Assembly: GCA_039810825.1 (NCBI GenBank)
Contig: JBDHXR010000001.1
Span: 10,486 to 74,485, forward strand
Direction of reading: 5' to 3'
Origin: Fluviicola sp.
GTDB taxonomy: Bacteria > Bacteroidota > Bacteroidia > Flavobacteriales_D > Crocinitomicaceae
Length of the DNA stretch: 64,000 nt
Shown: positions 10,454 through 21,400 of the stretch, piece by piece
Layout of the letters: each line of letters starts with the position of its first letter
Position numbering within the stretch: the stretch's first letter is position 1
The notes under the pieces: model-generated
Told to the model about the DNA's origin: nothing
Databases searched by the model: none
The model's input: the letters and a program-made list of their open reading frames with translations, nothing else
Position numbers and translations under genes: made by a program

Positions 10454-10924
10454 ATGAGCTTTTATCAAGTTTTAGTATTTATTCATATTGTTTCTGCAAT
10501 TGTGGGAATGGGACCCGGTTTTGTAATGATTTTTGTTGTGAAGAAAGCCAATACCTTAAATGAACTTCGTCAATCGTATTTTATTCGTCACCGAATACAT
10601 CAATTTGTTATGATAGGCGGCTCAACTCTTTTGATAAGTGGCATATTAATGGGGGTAATAAATCCATTTCTTTTCAAGGCAGATTGGTATATAGCTAGTT
10701 TAGCTTTGTTTCTATTTGCTTTAGCTTATGGACCAATTGTTCTTTCTCCAAAATCAAAGCCAATCAAAGCATTACTAAAAGACACGACAAGTAATGAAAT
10801 TCCTGAACATTATTACTCACTTTCAAAAAAACTATTCTTTTACGAACGAATTGAAAAAGTATTTTTTATTCTAATCATGGTTTTGATGGTGTTAAAACCT
10901 TATTCGTTATTTCCGGAATTCTGA
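10454..10924 (+). CDS. DUF2269-like membrane protein
   Basis: FIHIVSAIVGMGP, four hydrophobic helices, C-terminal LMVLKP; own TACCTTTG element at 10384-10391. Confidence 0.65.
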   Translation: MSFYQVLVFIHIVSAIVGMGPGFVMIFVVKKANTLNELRQSYFIRHRIHQFVMIGGSTLLISGILMGVINPFLFKADWYIASLALFLFALAYGPIVLSPKSKPIKALLKDTTSNEIPEHYYSLSKKLFFYERIEKVFFILIMVLMVLKPYSLFPEF

Positions 10925-12456
10925 ATAAATAGTCCCATAAAAAATGCTGTAAAAGTAGCTCCAACTTGTGTGTGCAATGTGTCTTCAACGCAAAATGACA
11001 ACAGCGATATGACAATAAATGACAACCACACAAAAGATTGTTTTTTGAGAGCAAATTTAAGTTGGTAATACCAAATTAGCAGGAAGGATATAAAACACAC
11101 AATTCCTCCGATAATCCAAAAAGTAATGTACTGATTGTGTGTAATGTGCCTATTTTCTATGAAAAGCTTTGATTTTTGTTGTTCATAAGCATACTTAAAT
11201 GCTGTGTCAATATCGCCTACACCAACTCCTAACATCCAATTTGATTTTAAGATATGTAACCCGACTTTTAAAAATTCAACACGTTCTAAGAATGATTTTC
11301 CATTTGGATTCTCCATGTATTTCAATTGAAATTTGAGCTGATACAAGAAGGATTTCAATCCACCATCTTCCATTTCAATAGAAGTCATTCCATTTTCCAT
11401 GTTTTGGATGTCTTTTTTTGTAAGTTTTTGAAAATCTGCCGCGTCTTTTTTCAACCCTTTAGATGTCATGTAACGAATAACAATCGTTTGAATTGGACTT
11501 CCTTTTAAATCTGTACTATCGTATGGAATTTTGGAAACTTTATTCCATTCACTTCTCAATTCACTATCCGCTAAAAATGCATAAACAGGATAGCCGTTTT
11601 CCCAAGATACTTTATCAAACTGAGCAAAATAGTAGGAATTTCCTAAGGCTGTTGTTGTTTGTCTTAAGTTATCTGTCAATTTGATTTTAGGAGGAATTGG
11701 TTTTAAATGAATTATGAAATAGCCAACAACAAATGATAAACCAATCAGTAAAAGTGAAAAAATAGTTATTTTCAACACTTTACTACGTATTCTTTGTAGG
11801 ATAAATACAAAAGCCAATAGAGTTATTCCTGCTAACGTAAGGTATCCGGTACCGATTTGAGCCAAATTGGTATAAAAAATAAACCAAATAATAAGTGGAA
11901 ATGACAGAAACTGTGCAGGTAATTTTTTTATCCACCATCCTATGCATAAAGCCAAAGCCATAATCACCAACATAGAAAACCTGATGTGAGAAATAAATAA
12001 AGACAAACTACGAATGTCGTCGTATTTTTTTGCTCCCCACCAATGAAAATAAGCACATACATTAATTAGGCTGGTAACAAATACACTAATAATAAATGAT
12101 AAAAGTATGATGTAGTAATATTTTTTATTGCTTAATGGGATCGCTGTGATAGCCAATGGGATAGTAAAAAATGGTATGATTATTCGTATGTTGTTCATTC
12201 CTTTTCCATAATCTGATGTCCACAACAAGGAAACAAGAATGATAAAAAAACTTGCAAGTAAGTAGATTAAAGACTTAGATGAAGTCCATCTAATCCATAC
12301 ATTTTTCCAATCCCAGCACAAAATAACATTTAATCCAAGAAGCATTAAGCCCAATGAAAGGGGTATTTTACTTAATGGCAAACCAACTGCAAGTGTAAGT
12401 ATACCAATAAATTGAATAATAGAATGAATAGGTTTTCCTGTAAGTTTATCCAACAT
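10900..12456 (-). CDS. O-antigen ligase (Wzy_C/WaaL) family membrane protein
   Basis: Many TM helices, SHIRFS, large periplasmic loop, LGVGVGD and HNQYIT motifs. Confidence 0.75.
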   Translation of the reverse strand: MLDKLTGKPIHSIIQFIGILTLAVGLPLSKIPLSLGLMLLGLNVILCWDWKNVWIRWTSSKSLIYLLASFFIILVSLLWTSDYGKGMNNIRIIIPFFTIPLAITAIPLSNKKYYYIILLSFIISVFVTSLINVCAYFHWWGAKKYDDIRSLSLFISHIRFSMLVIMALALCIGWWIKKLPAQFLSFPLIIWFIFYTNLAQIGTGYLTLAGITLLAFVFILQRIRSKVLKITIFSLLLIGLSFVVGYFIIHLKPIPPKIKLTDNLRQTTTALGNSYYFAQFDKVSWENGYPVYAFLADSELRSEWNKVSKIPYDSTDLKGSPIQTIVIRYMTSKGLKKDAADFQKLTKKDIQNMENGMTSIEMEDGGLKSFLYQLKFQLKYMENPNGKSFLERVEFLKVGLHILKSNWMLGVGVGDIDTAFKYAYEQQKSKLFIENRHITHNQYITFWIIGGIVCFISFLLIWYYQLKFALKKQSFVWLSFIVISLLSFCVEDTLHTQVGATFTAFFMGLFIQNSGNNE

Positions 12457-12481
12457 AACCAGTGCTTACATCTTCAAACGA

Positions 12482-14146
12482 TTATTTCTTAAGAATAGTA
12501 TTTAATTGAGAAGTATTTGACAGCAATTCTATTGCTTTTTGTAAATCTTTATCGTTTGCAAAAGCTTGTTCTACTCTTCCTCTTTGATAATAATACCGAG
12601 AAACAATTTCATTTGATAACAATTCATTGATTTCGGGCTCAAATTTATCCAGATCGCGCTCTTTAGAAGGAGTAACTTTTGAAAGCAATTTTTCATAATC
12701 TGATTTAATATCTTCAAAATATCCTTCATCTTCTGCCACTTTTTTCATTTTTAGCAACTGCTCTTCTGAAGCTGTTTCATACGTAAATTCTGTTTTCAGA
12801 GCGAATGCTTCAAAAGCTTTGTATTCTTCATCTGTAAGCATAAATGTTCTTGCTTCACCAATTGTTGGATGCGTTTTCTGATATTCGTTTGCGTAGTTAA
12901 AAATCACATTGTTGGTAACTAGCATGAGTAACAATCGAGATAGTTTTCGGTCTTCTACTACTACATCTGGTTCAATGCCTCGTCCATCGATAACTTTTCT
13001 TCCATTGGCAGTGGTAAATGTTTTTAGCAATGAGTCTGCTACTATATGAGGTTTACCTCCATTTTCATTGTCATAATATTCCAATCGTTGTACACATCTA
13101 CCCGATGGGGTGTAATATTTTGCAATGGTTAATTTGATTTTTGATCCATATTTTAGGTCAAAAGTTCGTTGTACTAACCCTTTTCCAAACGATGTGGAGC
13201 CAATAATTACAGCTCTATCAAGATCTTGTAAGCTGCCAGCAACAATTTCAGATGCAGAAGCAGAGCCGCCATCTATTAAAACGGCAAGAGGAATTTCTGT
13301 ATCTACTGGGTCTGTTAGCGTTTTATATGTTCTATTTTCTTCCGCAATTCTACCTTTTGTGGTTACAACTGTTTGACCTTTCTTAACAAACATATTTACA
13401 ATTTTAACCGCTTCAATCAGAAGTCCGCCCCCATTTCCTCTTAAGTCAAGTATCAACGAAGTAATTCCTTGTTCTTTTAGTTTTTGATATGCAGCCATAA
13501 CCTCGGACGAGGATGTTTGGGTAAATGCAGTTAGTCTGATATATCCTGTTTTATTCGAAACAATTCCAAAATAGGGTACATCTTGCAATTTGATTTCATC
13601 ACGCGTTATTTTAATGGTTTGTTCCACTCCATTTCGTTCTACTTTTAACTCAATGGTAGATCCTTTTGGTCCGCGCAATGATTCAGAAACCTCATCACTT
13701 TGCTTGCCTTTCATAGGTTTCCCTTCAATCGAAATAATTTTATCGCCTGCTTTTGCTCCAGCCATTTGAGCAGGTTTTCCTTCATAAGGTTCTGCAATGT
13801 ATGTGAATTCGCCAATTTTACGAATCAAAGCTCCAATTCCACCGTATTGTCCGGTAGTCATCATTCGATAATCTTCCATGTTTGATTCGTGGTAATAGAC
13901 GGTGTAAGGGTCTAATTCCTTTAGCATGGCGTCAATGGCAGTTTTACTCATTTCACCGGGCTTAATTTCGTCAACATAATTGGTTTCCAATTGTTGAAAA
14001 ATCATGTCCATTAATTCGAGCGATTTGATTTCTTCAAACCCTTTAGATTGAGAAAACGATACAGAATGAATTCCGAATAATAAAAAGAAACAAGCAACAG
14101 ATTTGAGTATAAGTTGCTTAGTTGAAAGTGATGTTACTAATTTCAT
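12482..14146 (-). CDS. S41 family C-terminal processing peptidase
   Basis: LDPYTVY, PDZ domain, ILDLRGNGGG, SASASEIVAG catalytic motif, SFGKGLVQ; start set at MKLVTS (14146). Confidence 0.9.
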   Translation of the reverse strand: MKLVTSLSTKQLILKSVACFFLLFGIHSVSFSQSKGFEEIKSLELMDMIFQQLETNYVDEIKPGEMSKTAIDAMLKELDPYTVYYHESNMEDYRMMTTGQYGGIGALIRKIGEFTYIAEPYEGKPAQMAGAKAGDKIISIEGKPMKGKQSDEVSESLRGPKGSTIELKVERNGVEQTIKITRDEIKLQDVPYFGIVSNKTGYIRLTAFTQTSSSEVMAAYQKLKEQGITSLILDLRGNGGGLLIEAVKIVNMFVKKGQTVVTTKGRIAEENRTYKTLTDPVDTEIPLAVLIDGGSASASEIVAGSLQDLDRAVIIGSTSFGKGLVQRTFDLKYGSKIKLTIAKYYTPSGRCVQRLEYYDNENGGKPHIVADSLLKTFTTANGRKVIDGRGIEPDVVVEDRKLSRLLLMLVTNNVIFNYANEYQKTHPTIGEARTFMLTDEEYKAFEAFALKTEFTYETASEEQLLKMKKVAEDEGYFEDIKSDYEKLLSKVTPSKERDLDKFEPEINELLSNEIVSRYYYQRGRVEQAFANDKDLQKAIELLSNTSQLNTILKK

Positions 14147-14236
14147 ATAATAATGCTCCTTGATTAGGAATTGTAAAAATAACGAAAACAGATGTGAAAA
14201 CTGCAATTTTTCAAAAACGTTTAAATTTTCAAAAAA

Positions 14237-14620
14237 TTATCCTTCCACCAGTGAAGCTTCTATTTTTTTGAATGCTTTGGTTATGTGTTTTTCAATTTCG
14301 ATGTACGAGAATTTTTCGGAGTGTGTGTAGATAATACAAAGGTTAATACGTATTCCTTTATTCGTAAGGAAGTTTTCAAATTCTTGTTTGTTTTTTCGAA
14401 TAGACTCTTTGAGTAAACGTTTTATTGCATTACGGTCATGTGCTTTTTTCCAAATGCGTTTAGGAACAGAAATGACAATTTGAAAGGGAACAGAATGCTC
14501 TTTTTTTTCGATTGTTCTGTAGATTGTAAAAGGAAAAGAACGCGTTTGTAATCCTTGACTAAATAGCAGTTGAATTTTTTTTCTACTGCATAACTTATAT
14601 TCTTTTCCAAATTTTTCCAC
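14237..14620 (-). CDS. rnpA: Ribonuclease P protein component
   Basis: VISVPKRIWKKAHDRNAIKRLLKE (RNR-type motif); GTG start. Confidence 0.9.
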   Translation of the reverse strand: MEKFGKEYKLCSRKKIQLLFSQGLQTRSFPFTIYRTIEKKEHSVPFQIVISVPKRIWKKAHDRNAIKRLLKESIRKNKQEFENFLTNKGIRINLCIIYTHSEKFSYIEIEKHITKAFKKIEASLVEG

Positions 14621-14633
14621 GAATAATGATCCG

Positions 14634-16097
14634 TTATTTTATTGTCCAAGAAACGCCATCCTTGCCATCTTTAACAACAATGCCCGCTTCACTTAATTTG
14701 TCACGAATTTTATCTGAAGTTGTCCAATCTTTATTTTCACGAGCTTGTTTTCTCATTTCCAAGACCAATTCCATAGCAGCACTCATGGCTTCATTGGAGT
14801 TCGACTTTACGATTGATAAACCAAGAACATCACTAGTAAAAGAATTAAATTCACTTTTTAGTTCAACTAAATCTACTTTTGAAATAGTTTCTTTTCCGTC
14901 TCCAATTAAATTGATATATTTTACCGCTTCAAATATATTGGCAATCAATATTGGAGCATTGAAGTCATCATTTATTGCCTCATAAAACGAAGCTATAAGT
15001 TTTTGAATATCAAATGAGGTAGTTTTTGCTGGTGCTATTCCTTCTAATAAACTGTAAGCATCTGACAAACGAGCAAACCCTTTCTCTGCCGCGTCTAATG
15101 AGTCAGATGACAGATCCAATGTGCTGCGATAGTGAGCTTGCATCATACAAAAACGGATTACTTGAGGCGAATAAGACTTTTCAAACACACTGGTTGTTCC
15201 TTCAACTAATTCTTTCGGCAAAAAGTAATTCCCGAAGGATTTTGACATTTTTTGGCCATTTACGTTCAACATGTTTGCGTGTAGCCAATAGGTAGCTGGA
15301 GAGACACCAAAAGATCCACAACTTTGAGCAATTTCGTCTTCGTGGTGCGGAAACTTTAAGTCCATGCCACCACCGTGAATATCAAATTTTTCACCTAAAT
15401 ATTTAGTGCTCATTGCTGTGCATTCTATGTGCCATCCAGGATTTCCATTTCCCCATGGAGAGCGCCAAATTTGCATATCATCTGGACCTGCTTTTTTCCA
15501 CAACGCAAAATCTGCAAAAAACTTTTTTTCATCTTGCGCATTAAGCGCACGTGTTTCCTCAACAAGTTCGTCAATTTTTCTTCCACTTAGAATACCATAA
15601 TTATATTGTTTGCTATATGCTTGAACATCAAAGTATACAGATCCGTTAACGATGTACCCAAAGCCATTGTCGATAATTTGTTCAATAATTTCAATCTGTT
15701 CTTGAATGTGAGCTGTTGCTGTTGGCTCAATTGTAGGTGGAAGAAGGTTGTAAATACGCTGTAATTCTTGAAATTTCACATTGTATTTGTAAACAATTTC
15801 TAATGATTGAACTTGCTCCAATTTTGCAACTTTACCAATAGAGTCAACTTCTTCTCCGGCAGAATTTGTAATATGTCCGGCATCGGTAATGTTTCGAACA
15901 TATTTTACTTGAAAGCCAAGTTTGAGAAGACAACGGTAAATAAAATCAAAATTTATGAAGGTTCGCATATTGCCCATGTGTGGCTCACTATATAAAGTGG
16001 GGCCACATACATACATGCCCACTTTACCCGGAATTAAGGGCATAAACTTTTCCTTTTTTCCGCTTAAACTGTTGTAAACTGTCAGTGAATTATTCAA
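14634..16097 (-). CDS. cysS: Cysteine--tRNA ligase
   Basis: MYVCGPT, HMGN (HIGH), PGWHIEC, HGGGMDLKFPHHE, KMSKS. Confidence 0.97.
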   Translation of the reverse strand: MNNSLTVYNSLSGKKEKFMPLIPGKVGMYVCGPTLYSEPHMGNMRTFINFDFIYRCLLKLGFQVKYVRNITDAGHITNSAGEEVDSIGKVAKLEQVQSLEIVYKYNVKFQELQRIYNLLPPTIEPTATAHIQEQIEIIEQIIDNGFGYIVNGSVYFDVQAYSKQYNYGILSGRKIDELVEETRALNAQDEKKFFADFALWKKAGPDDMQIWRSPWGNGNPGWHIECTAMSTKYLGEKFDIHGGGMDLKFPHHEDEIAQSCGSFGVSPATYWLHANMLNVNGQKMSKSFGNYFLPKELVEGTTSVFEKSYSPQVIRFCMMQAHYRSTLDLSSDSLDAAEKGFARLSDAYSLLEGIAPAKTTSFDIQKLIASFYEAINDDFNAPILIANIFEAVKYINLIGDGKETISKVDLVELKSEFNSFTSDVLGLSIVKSNSNEAMSAAMELVLEMRKQARENKDWTTSDKIRDKLSEAGIVVKDGKDGVSWTIK

Positions 16098-16241
16098 AAT
16101 TTTCTTTTTCTAAGTTGAGTACGAAGATAGCTAGAAATTTAGTGTATTGTGATGTTAGAAAATAGAAACTTTACCATCTATCAGAAAATCATTTAAAAAT
16201 TAAGGATGAATGATTACTTTTGAATGCATTAAATCCAAACA

Positions 16242-17786
16242 ATGGGAAGTAAAAAGGAACAACTTGTTTCAAAACGAAATGAAGCATTACTAGGCGGTGG
16301 TCAAGCACGAATAGATAAACAACACAAACAAGGCAAATTAACAGCGCGTGAGCGTATTACTTTATTGCTAGATGAAGGTTCTTTTCAAGAGATAGGAATG
16401 TTTGTGGAACATCGGGCTACTTCTTTTGGTTTAGACAAAATGAAAACTCCAGGAGATGGTGTGGTGACAGGCTTTGGAACCATCCATGGAAGAATTGTAT
16501 ATGTTTTTTCACAAGATTTCACTGTGTTCGGAGGGTCTTTATCAGAAACTCATGCGCAGAAAATCTGTAAAGTTCTGGATTTGGCTATGAAAAATGGGGC
16601 TCCAGTAATTGGCTTAAACGATTCTGGTGGTGCTCGAATCCAAGAAGGTGTTGTTTCATTAGCTGGGTATGCAGATATTTTTTTTAGAAATACACGAGCA
16701 TCAGGAGCAATCCCTCAAATATCAGTAATTATGGGGCCTTGTGCAGGTGGAGCAGTTTATTCTCCTGCTCTTACAGATTTTATTTTTATGGTTGAAGATA
16801 CATCCTATATGTTTGTAACTGGACCTAACGTAGTAAAAACGGTTACGCATGAAGAGGTAAGTTCTGAAGATTTAGGAGGGGCAAAAGCGCATGCTGAAAA
16901 GTCTGGAGTTACTCACTTTACAGCTTCAAATGATGTTGAATGCTTACGTAAAGTACGTGACTTGCTTACGTATATGCCACAAAATGCATTGGAATTAGCT
17001 CCTGAGTATGAAGTCAGTACTTTTTCGAAAGAAAAAAACAGCCGTATTGGCCAAATTGTACCAGAAAATGCAAACATGCCTTACGATATTCGCGAAGTTA
17101 TTGATTGCATTATTGATGATGACTCGTTTAGAGAAGTTCAGCCAGATTTTGCTACAAGTATTGTTGTTGGATTTGCAAGGTTAGACGGTCGCTCAATAGG
17201 AATTGTAGCCAATCAACCGGCTTCTATGGCCGGGGTGTTAGATATCGATTCATCTCGAAAAAGTGCACGTTTTGTACGTTTTTGTGACTCGTTCAACATC
17301 CCATTATTGGTTTTAGAAGATGTACCCGGATTTTTACCTGGAACCGATCAAGAATGGCGTGGTATTATTACACATGGAGCGAAGCTTTTATACGCCTTTT
17401 CAGAAGCCACAGTTCCAAGAATTACTGTAATTACTCGAAAAGCTTATGGAGGTGCATTTGATGTAATGAACTCAAAAAATATCGGAGCAGATTTAAACTA
17501 TGCATGGCCAAGCGCAGAAATTGCAGTAATGGGAGCAAAAGGAGCAGCGGAAATTATTTTCAAATCTGAAATTGCTTCTGCTCAAAATCCAGAAGACAAA
17601 TGGAAAGAAAAAGAAGCAGAATATGCTGATCTTTTTGCCAATCCATACCGTGCTGCTGAACGTGGATTTGTTGATGCAGTGATATTGCCAGAGGAGACAC
17701 GCAATACATTAATTGCTGCGTTTAAATCACTGGAGAAAAAATCTGAAACTTTGCCTAAGAAAAAACACGGTAACATTCCGCTGTAA
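16242..17786 (+). CDS. pccB: Acyl-CoA (propionyl/methylmalonyl-CoA) carboxylase carboxyltransferase beta subunit
   Basis: [52 protein letters not shown]. Confidence 0.88.
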   Translation: MGSKKEQLVSKRNEALLGGGQARIDKQHKQGKLTARERITLLLDEGSFQEIGMFVEHRATSFGLDKMKTPGDGVVTGFGTIHGRIVYVFSQDFTVFGGSLSETHAQKICKVLDLAMKNGAPVIGLNDSGGARIQEGVVSLAGYADIFFRNTRASGAIPQISVIMGPCAGGAVYSPALTDFIFMVEDTSYMFVTGPNVVKTVTHEEVSSEDLGGAKAHAEKSGVTHFTASNDVECLRKVRDLLTYMPQNALELAPEYEVSTFSKEKNSRIGQIVPENANMPYDIREVIDCIIDDDSFREVQPDFATSIVVGFARLDGRSIGIVANQPASMAGVLDIDSSRKSARFVRFCDSFNIPLLVLEDVPGFLPGTDQEWRGIITHGAKLLYAFSEATVPRITVITRKAYGGAFDVMNSKNIGADLNYAWPSAEIAVMGAKGAAEIIFKSEIASAQNPEDKWKEKEAEYADLFANPYRAAERGFVDAVILPEETRNTLIAAFKSLEKKSETLPKKKHGNIPL

Positions 17787-17854
17787 GTTTATGTCTTAAA
17801 TCATGAAATTATAGTCAAGTTCGAGTGTATTCTTGTATGATAAAATCAGGGGAA

Positions 17855-18370
17855 ATGGAAAAAAAATTATACAATTATTTCACTAGGGATCATCGAGAAA
17901 TTGAGTTTATTTTAGAAAAGGCGATTAGCAATCCATTAATTATTGACGCAAGTTTATACAATGAGTTTCGTGTAAGAATCTTGACCCATATAAAAATGGA
18001 GGAAAAGATATTGTTTCTCTATGCTCAAAAAGCCAATAACAATATACCTCTTCCATTACAAGCCCAATTACGGTTAGATCATGGTGCCATTACTTCTTTG
18101 GTTGCAACACCGCCAACCCCTGAAATAGTTAAAGTTTTGAAATACATTTTAGATGTTCATGATGAATTGGAGGAAAAATCAGGAGGCATGTATGATGCAT
18201 GTGAATCTATTACGCAAGACCAAACAGAGAAAATTCTCGAAGAGTTGATGCAAACAACTCCTGTTCCTGTTCATCAGCCCAATCCTTTGCCAGTAGTATT
18301 CGAAGCGGCAAAAAGAGCGTTGTTACGTGCAGGGTATGATTTTGATTTGTTAGTTGAAAAATTGAAATAA
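17855..18370 (+). CDS. Hemerythrin-like (HHE) domain protein
   Basis: DHREI, HIKMEE, DHGAI and HDELEE metal-ligand pattern; alternative GTG start at 17825. Confidence 0.7.
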   Translation: MEKKLYNYFTRDHREIEFILEKAISNPLIIDASLYNEFRVRILTHIKMEEKILFLYAQKANNNIPLPLQAQLRLDHGAITSLVATPPTPEIVKVLKYILDVHDELEEKSGGMYDACESITQDQTEKILEELMQTTPVPVHQPNPLPVVFEAAKRALLRAGYDFDLLVEKLK

Positions 18371-18400
18371 AAAAAGTGCCAGATATTTCTACCTGACACT
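18369..18400 (-). terminator. Probable intrinsic terminator of the giant T9SS gene
   Basis: AGTG-C-CAG / CTG-A-CACT stem (G.U pair on the minus strand) followed by a U tract on the minus strand. Confidence 0.5.
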
Positions 18401-18419
18401 CTTTATAGAACTACAATTA

Positions 18420-21400
18420 CTACCTATTAATTACTAATTTGCGTTGTGAAGCAATTTCCTGACTTATTATTTCAACAAAATAGACACCGTCAGCTAAAAG
18501 TGAAACATTTACGTTCACTTGGTTGCTATCTATTTTAGAATCATAAACCAAATTGCCAGACACGTCTAATATACGTAAATCTGAATCAAAAGGCGCATTG
18601 CTAATAGTTACAGAATTTGTTGCAGGATTTGGATAAAGAAGCCAATCATTTAAGTTTGCTTCATCAATCCCTAAACCTGTTACTGAGAAGCAAGCAGATG
18701 TATCAACACATCCATCAAATATTACAGTAACTGCATAATTTGCATTGGTATTGGCTGTAAATGTTTGGAATGTTTCACCTACAATTGGAGCAAAAGCATT
18801 GTCACAATTTAGCCATTGATAATCAGCACTGTTTTGAACTGCATTCAATACTGAGCCTACTTGATTTACTGAAACATCAGGTGCTGGTTTAACAACAACA
18901 TTGTAACTGCTTGTAGCCGAACAAACTCCAGAATTTACAGTCAAGTTATATACTCCTGCATTGATTATTCCTGAGGCAGGAATTACAGGATTTTGATCTG
19001 TACTTGTAAACCCATTTGGACCAGTCCATTGATAAGAACTCATAGCGTTTGGAAACCCATTTAATTGAATGTCTGATTTCTCGCATATTGGAGAGTTGCC
19101 AGAAATTACAGCTGTGATTCCAGGAGTTACACTTATCGTAATTTGATTACTTGCAGAACAACCTGCTGCATTATAAGCAGTTACAGTATAAACACCTTGA
19201 TTTGCCATTGTAACAGCACTAAGTGTTGGATTTTGCAAAGTGCTTACAAATGCACTCGGTCCGCTCCATTCATAACTGGCTGCTCCTGATGGATTAGCAA
19301 ACAAATTTAGTACACTACCTTCACATAAATTGTTGGCATTAGCAGTTGCATTGACAACAGGTAAAGATGAAATAGTAACAGTTACACTTGCAGAAGCACT
19401 ACAAATCCCGTCATTTACTGTAACAGTATATACACCTTGGTTAGACCCAGTTACGTTTGAAATTTGAGGGTTTTGAGCAGAAATTGAATATCCGCCAGGA
19501 CCAATCCAATCATAAGTTGCCATTCCATTTGGTAATGAACTTAAAATTAAGGTTTCATTTTCACACAAACTTGGGCTATTCACTGAGGCAAAAACTGCCG
19601 GTAATGGACTTACTGATATCATTACATTCGTTGATGCACTGCATCCATCTACATTAGTAGTTGTAACAGTGTATTGACCAGCATTTGCCATAGTAATATT
19701 GCTAATACTAGGATTTTGGTCTGTACTAGTGTATGAATTTGGACCAACCCAACTGAACGAGGTACCATTATTCGTAGTTGTTGTAAAAGCCAAGGTGCTT
19801 CCTTCACAAAGTGTTGAACTTGTTGTGCTAATTGCAACAGAAGGGCTTGGTTTTACCGCAATTGAAATAGAATCAAGCGAACTACAGATTCCATCTGTCA
19901 AGCTAACAAAATACTTACCTTGATTTAAGGATGTCACATTTGTGATGATAGGATTCTGCGAAGTGCTATTAAATCCATTTGGTCCTGACCAAGTGTAAGA
20001 TACCATATTGGATGGCAATCCTGTTAAACTCAGTGCTTGTCCTTCACAGATATTGATGCTGTTTGCTTGAGCATCAGCAGTAATTGAAGGATGCACGGTT
20101 AACACAATAGAATCCTTAGCAGTACAGCCTGTAGCATTTACAACTGTGACTATGTATTTTCCGCTGTTTGTTCCATTTACGTTAGAAATAGTTGGGTTTT
20201 GATTTGAACTGCTGTAGCCACTAGGTCCAGACCAAGTATAACTTGTTCCGCCACTCGGAGTAGCAAATAAATTCAATACACCTCCTTCACAAATATCAGT
20301 AGCATTTGCATTTGCCACAATAGTAGGTGAAGCATTCACAGCAATAACTATAGAATTTGAAGAGCTACAAACACCATCGCTAATTGTAAGAGAATAAGTG
20401 CCTTGATTTACTCCTGTTACGTTTGTAATGCTTGGGTTTTGTAATGAACTATTGAACCCGTTTGGACCAGACCATGTATAACTGCTCATTCCATTAGGAA
20501 GTGCTGTAAGTTGTAAAGTTTCTCCTGAACAGAGATTTATACTACTTGCTGAAGCAAAAGCAGTTGGTGATGGCAATACCGTAATGCTAACAGAACTACT
20601 TACTGTACAACCAGCAGAATTGGTAGCTACTACCGTATATGTTCCCGTATGTATTCCTAATACTGAAACAATACTTGGATTTTGTACTGTACTGGTGAAT
20701 CCATTCGGACCTGTCCAACTGAATGCACTTGCACCATTTGCTGCTGCAGTCAATCCTAAAGTGTTACCTGCACAAAGGTTACTAGCATTTGAACTTGCTG
20801 TAACAGAAAGTGAGCCTGCCACTTGTATTACCAAAGATGTGGTAGAACTACATGAACCATTGCTTACAGTTAAATAATAAGTACCTTGATTCGAACCATT
20901 AACTCCTGTTATAACTGGATTCTGATCTGTACTTGCAAATCCATTTGGACCTGTCCATGAATATGACATACCATTTGGTAGAGCTGAAAAACTTAAGTTT
21001 TCACCAACACAAAGGCTTGTTTTATTTGCTGTCGCAAAAGCAGTAGGAGCAGGGTTTACTGTAACAGATACATAAGCTGTATTCGAACAACCTGATGGGT
21101 AGTTAGCTGTTACTGTATAAGTACCAGTATGAATTCCGCTCACACTATTAATTGTTGGATTTTGCTGAGCGCTGTAATAACCATTTGGCCCAGACCATGA
21201 ATAGGAACTTGCTCCTGCAGGGCTGGCAGTTAAGGTTAAATTATCACCGCCACATAGCACACTCGCACTTGCGCTTGCAGTTACAGTTGGTGCAGGGTTT
21301 ACAATTACATTCACAATTGCAGAGTCCACACATCCACCTAATCCGGTTACATATACTTTGTAAGAAGTTGACGTTGAAGGGTTCGCAATTGGATTTGATA

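Noticed and set aside
14237-14620. rnpA not adjacent to rpmH/yidC
   Set aside because: rnpA next to an S41 peptidase is a usual Bacteroidota arrangement, as far as I recall.
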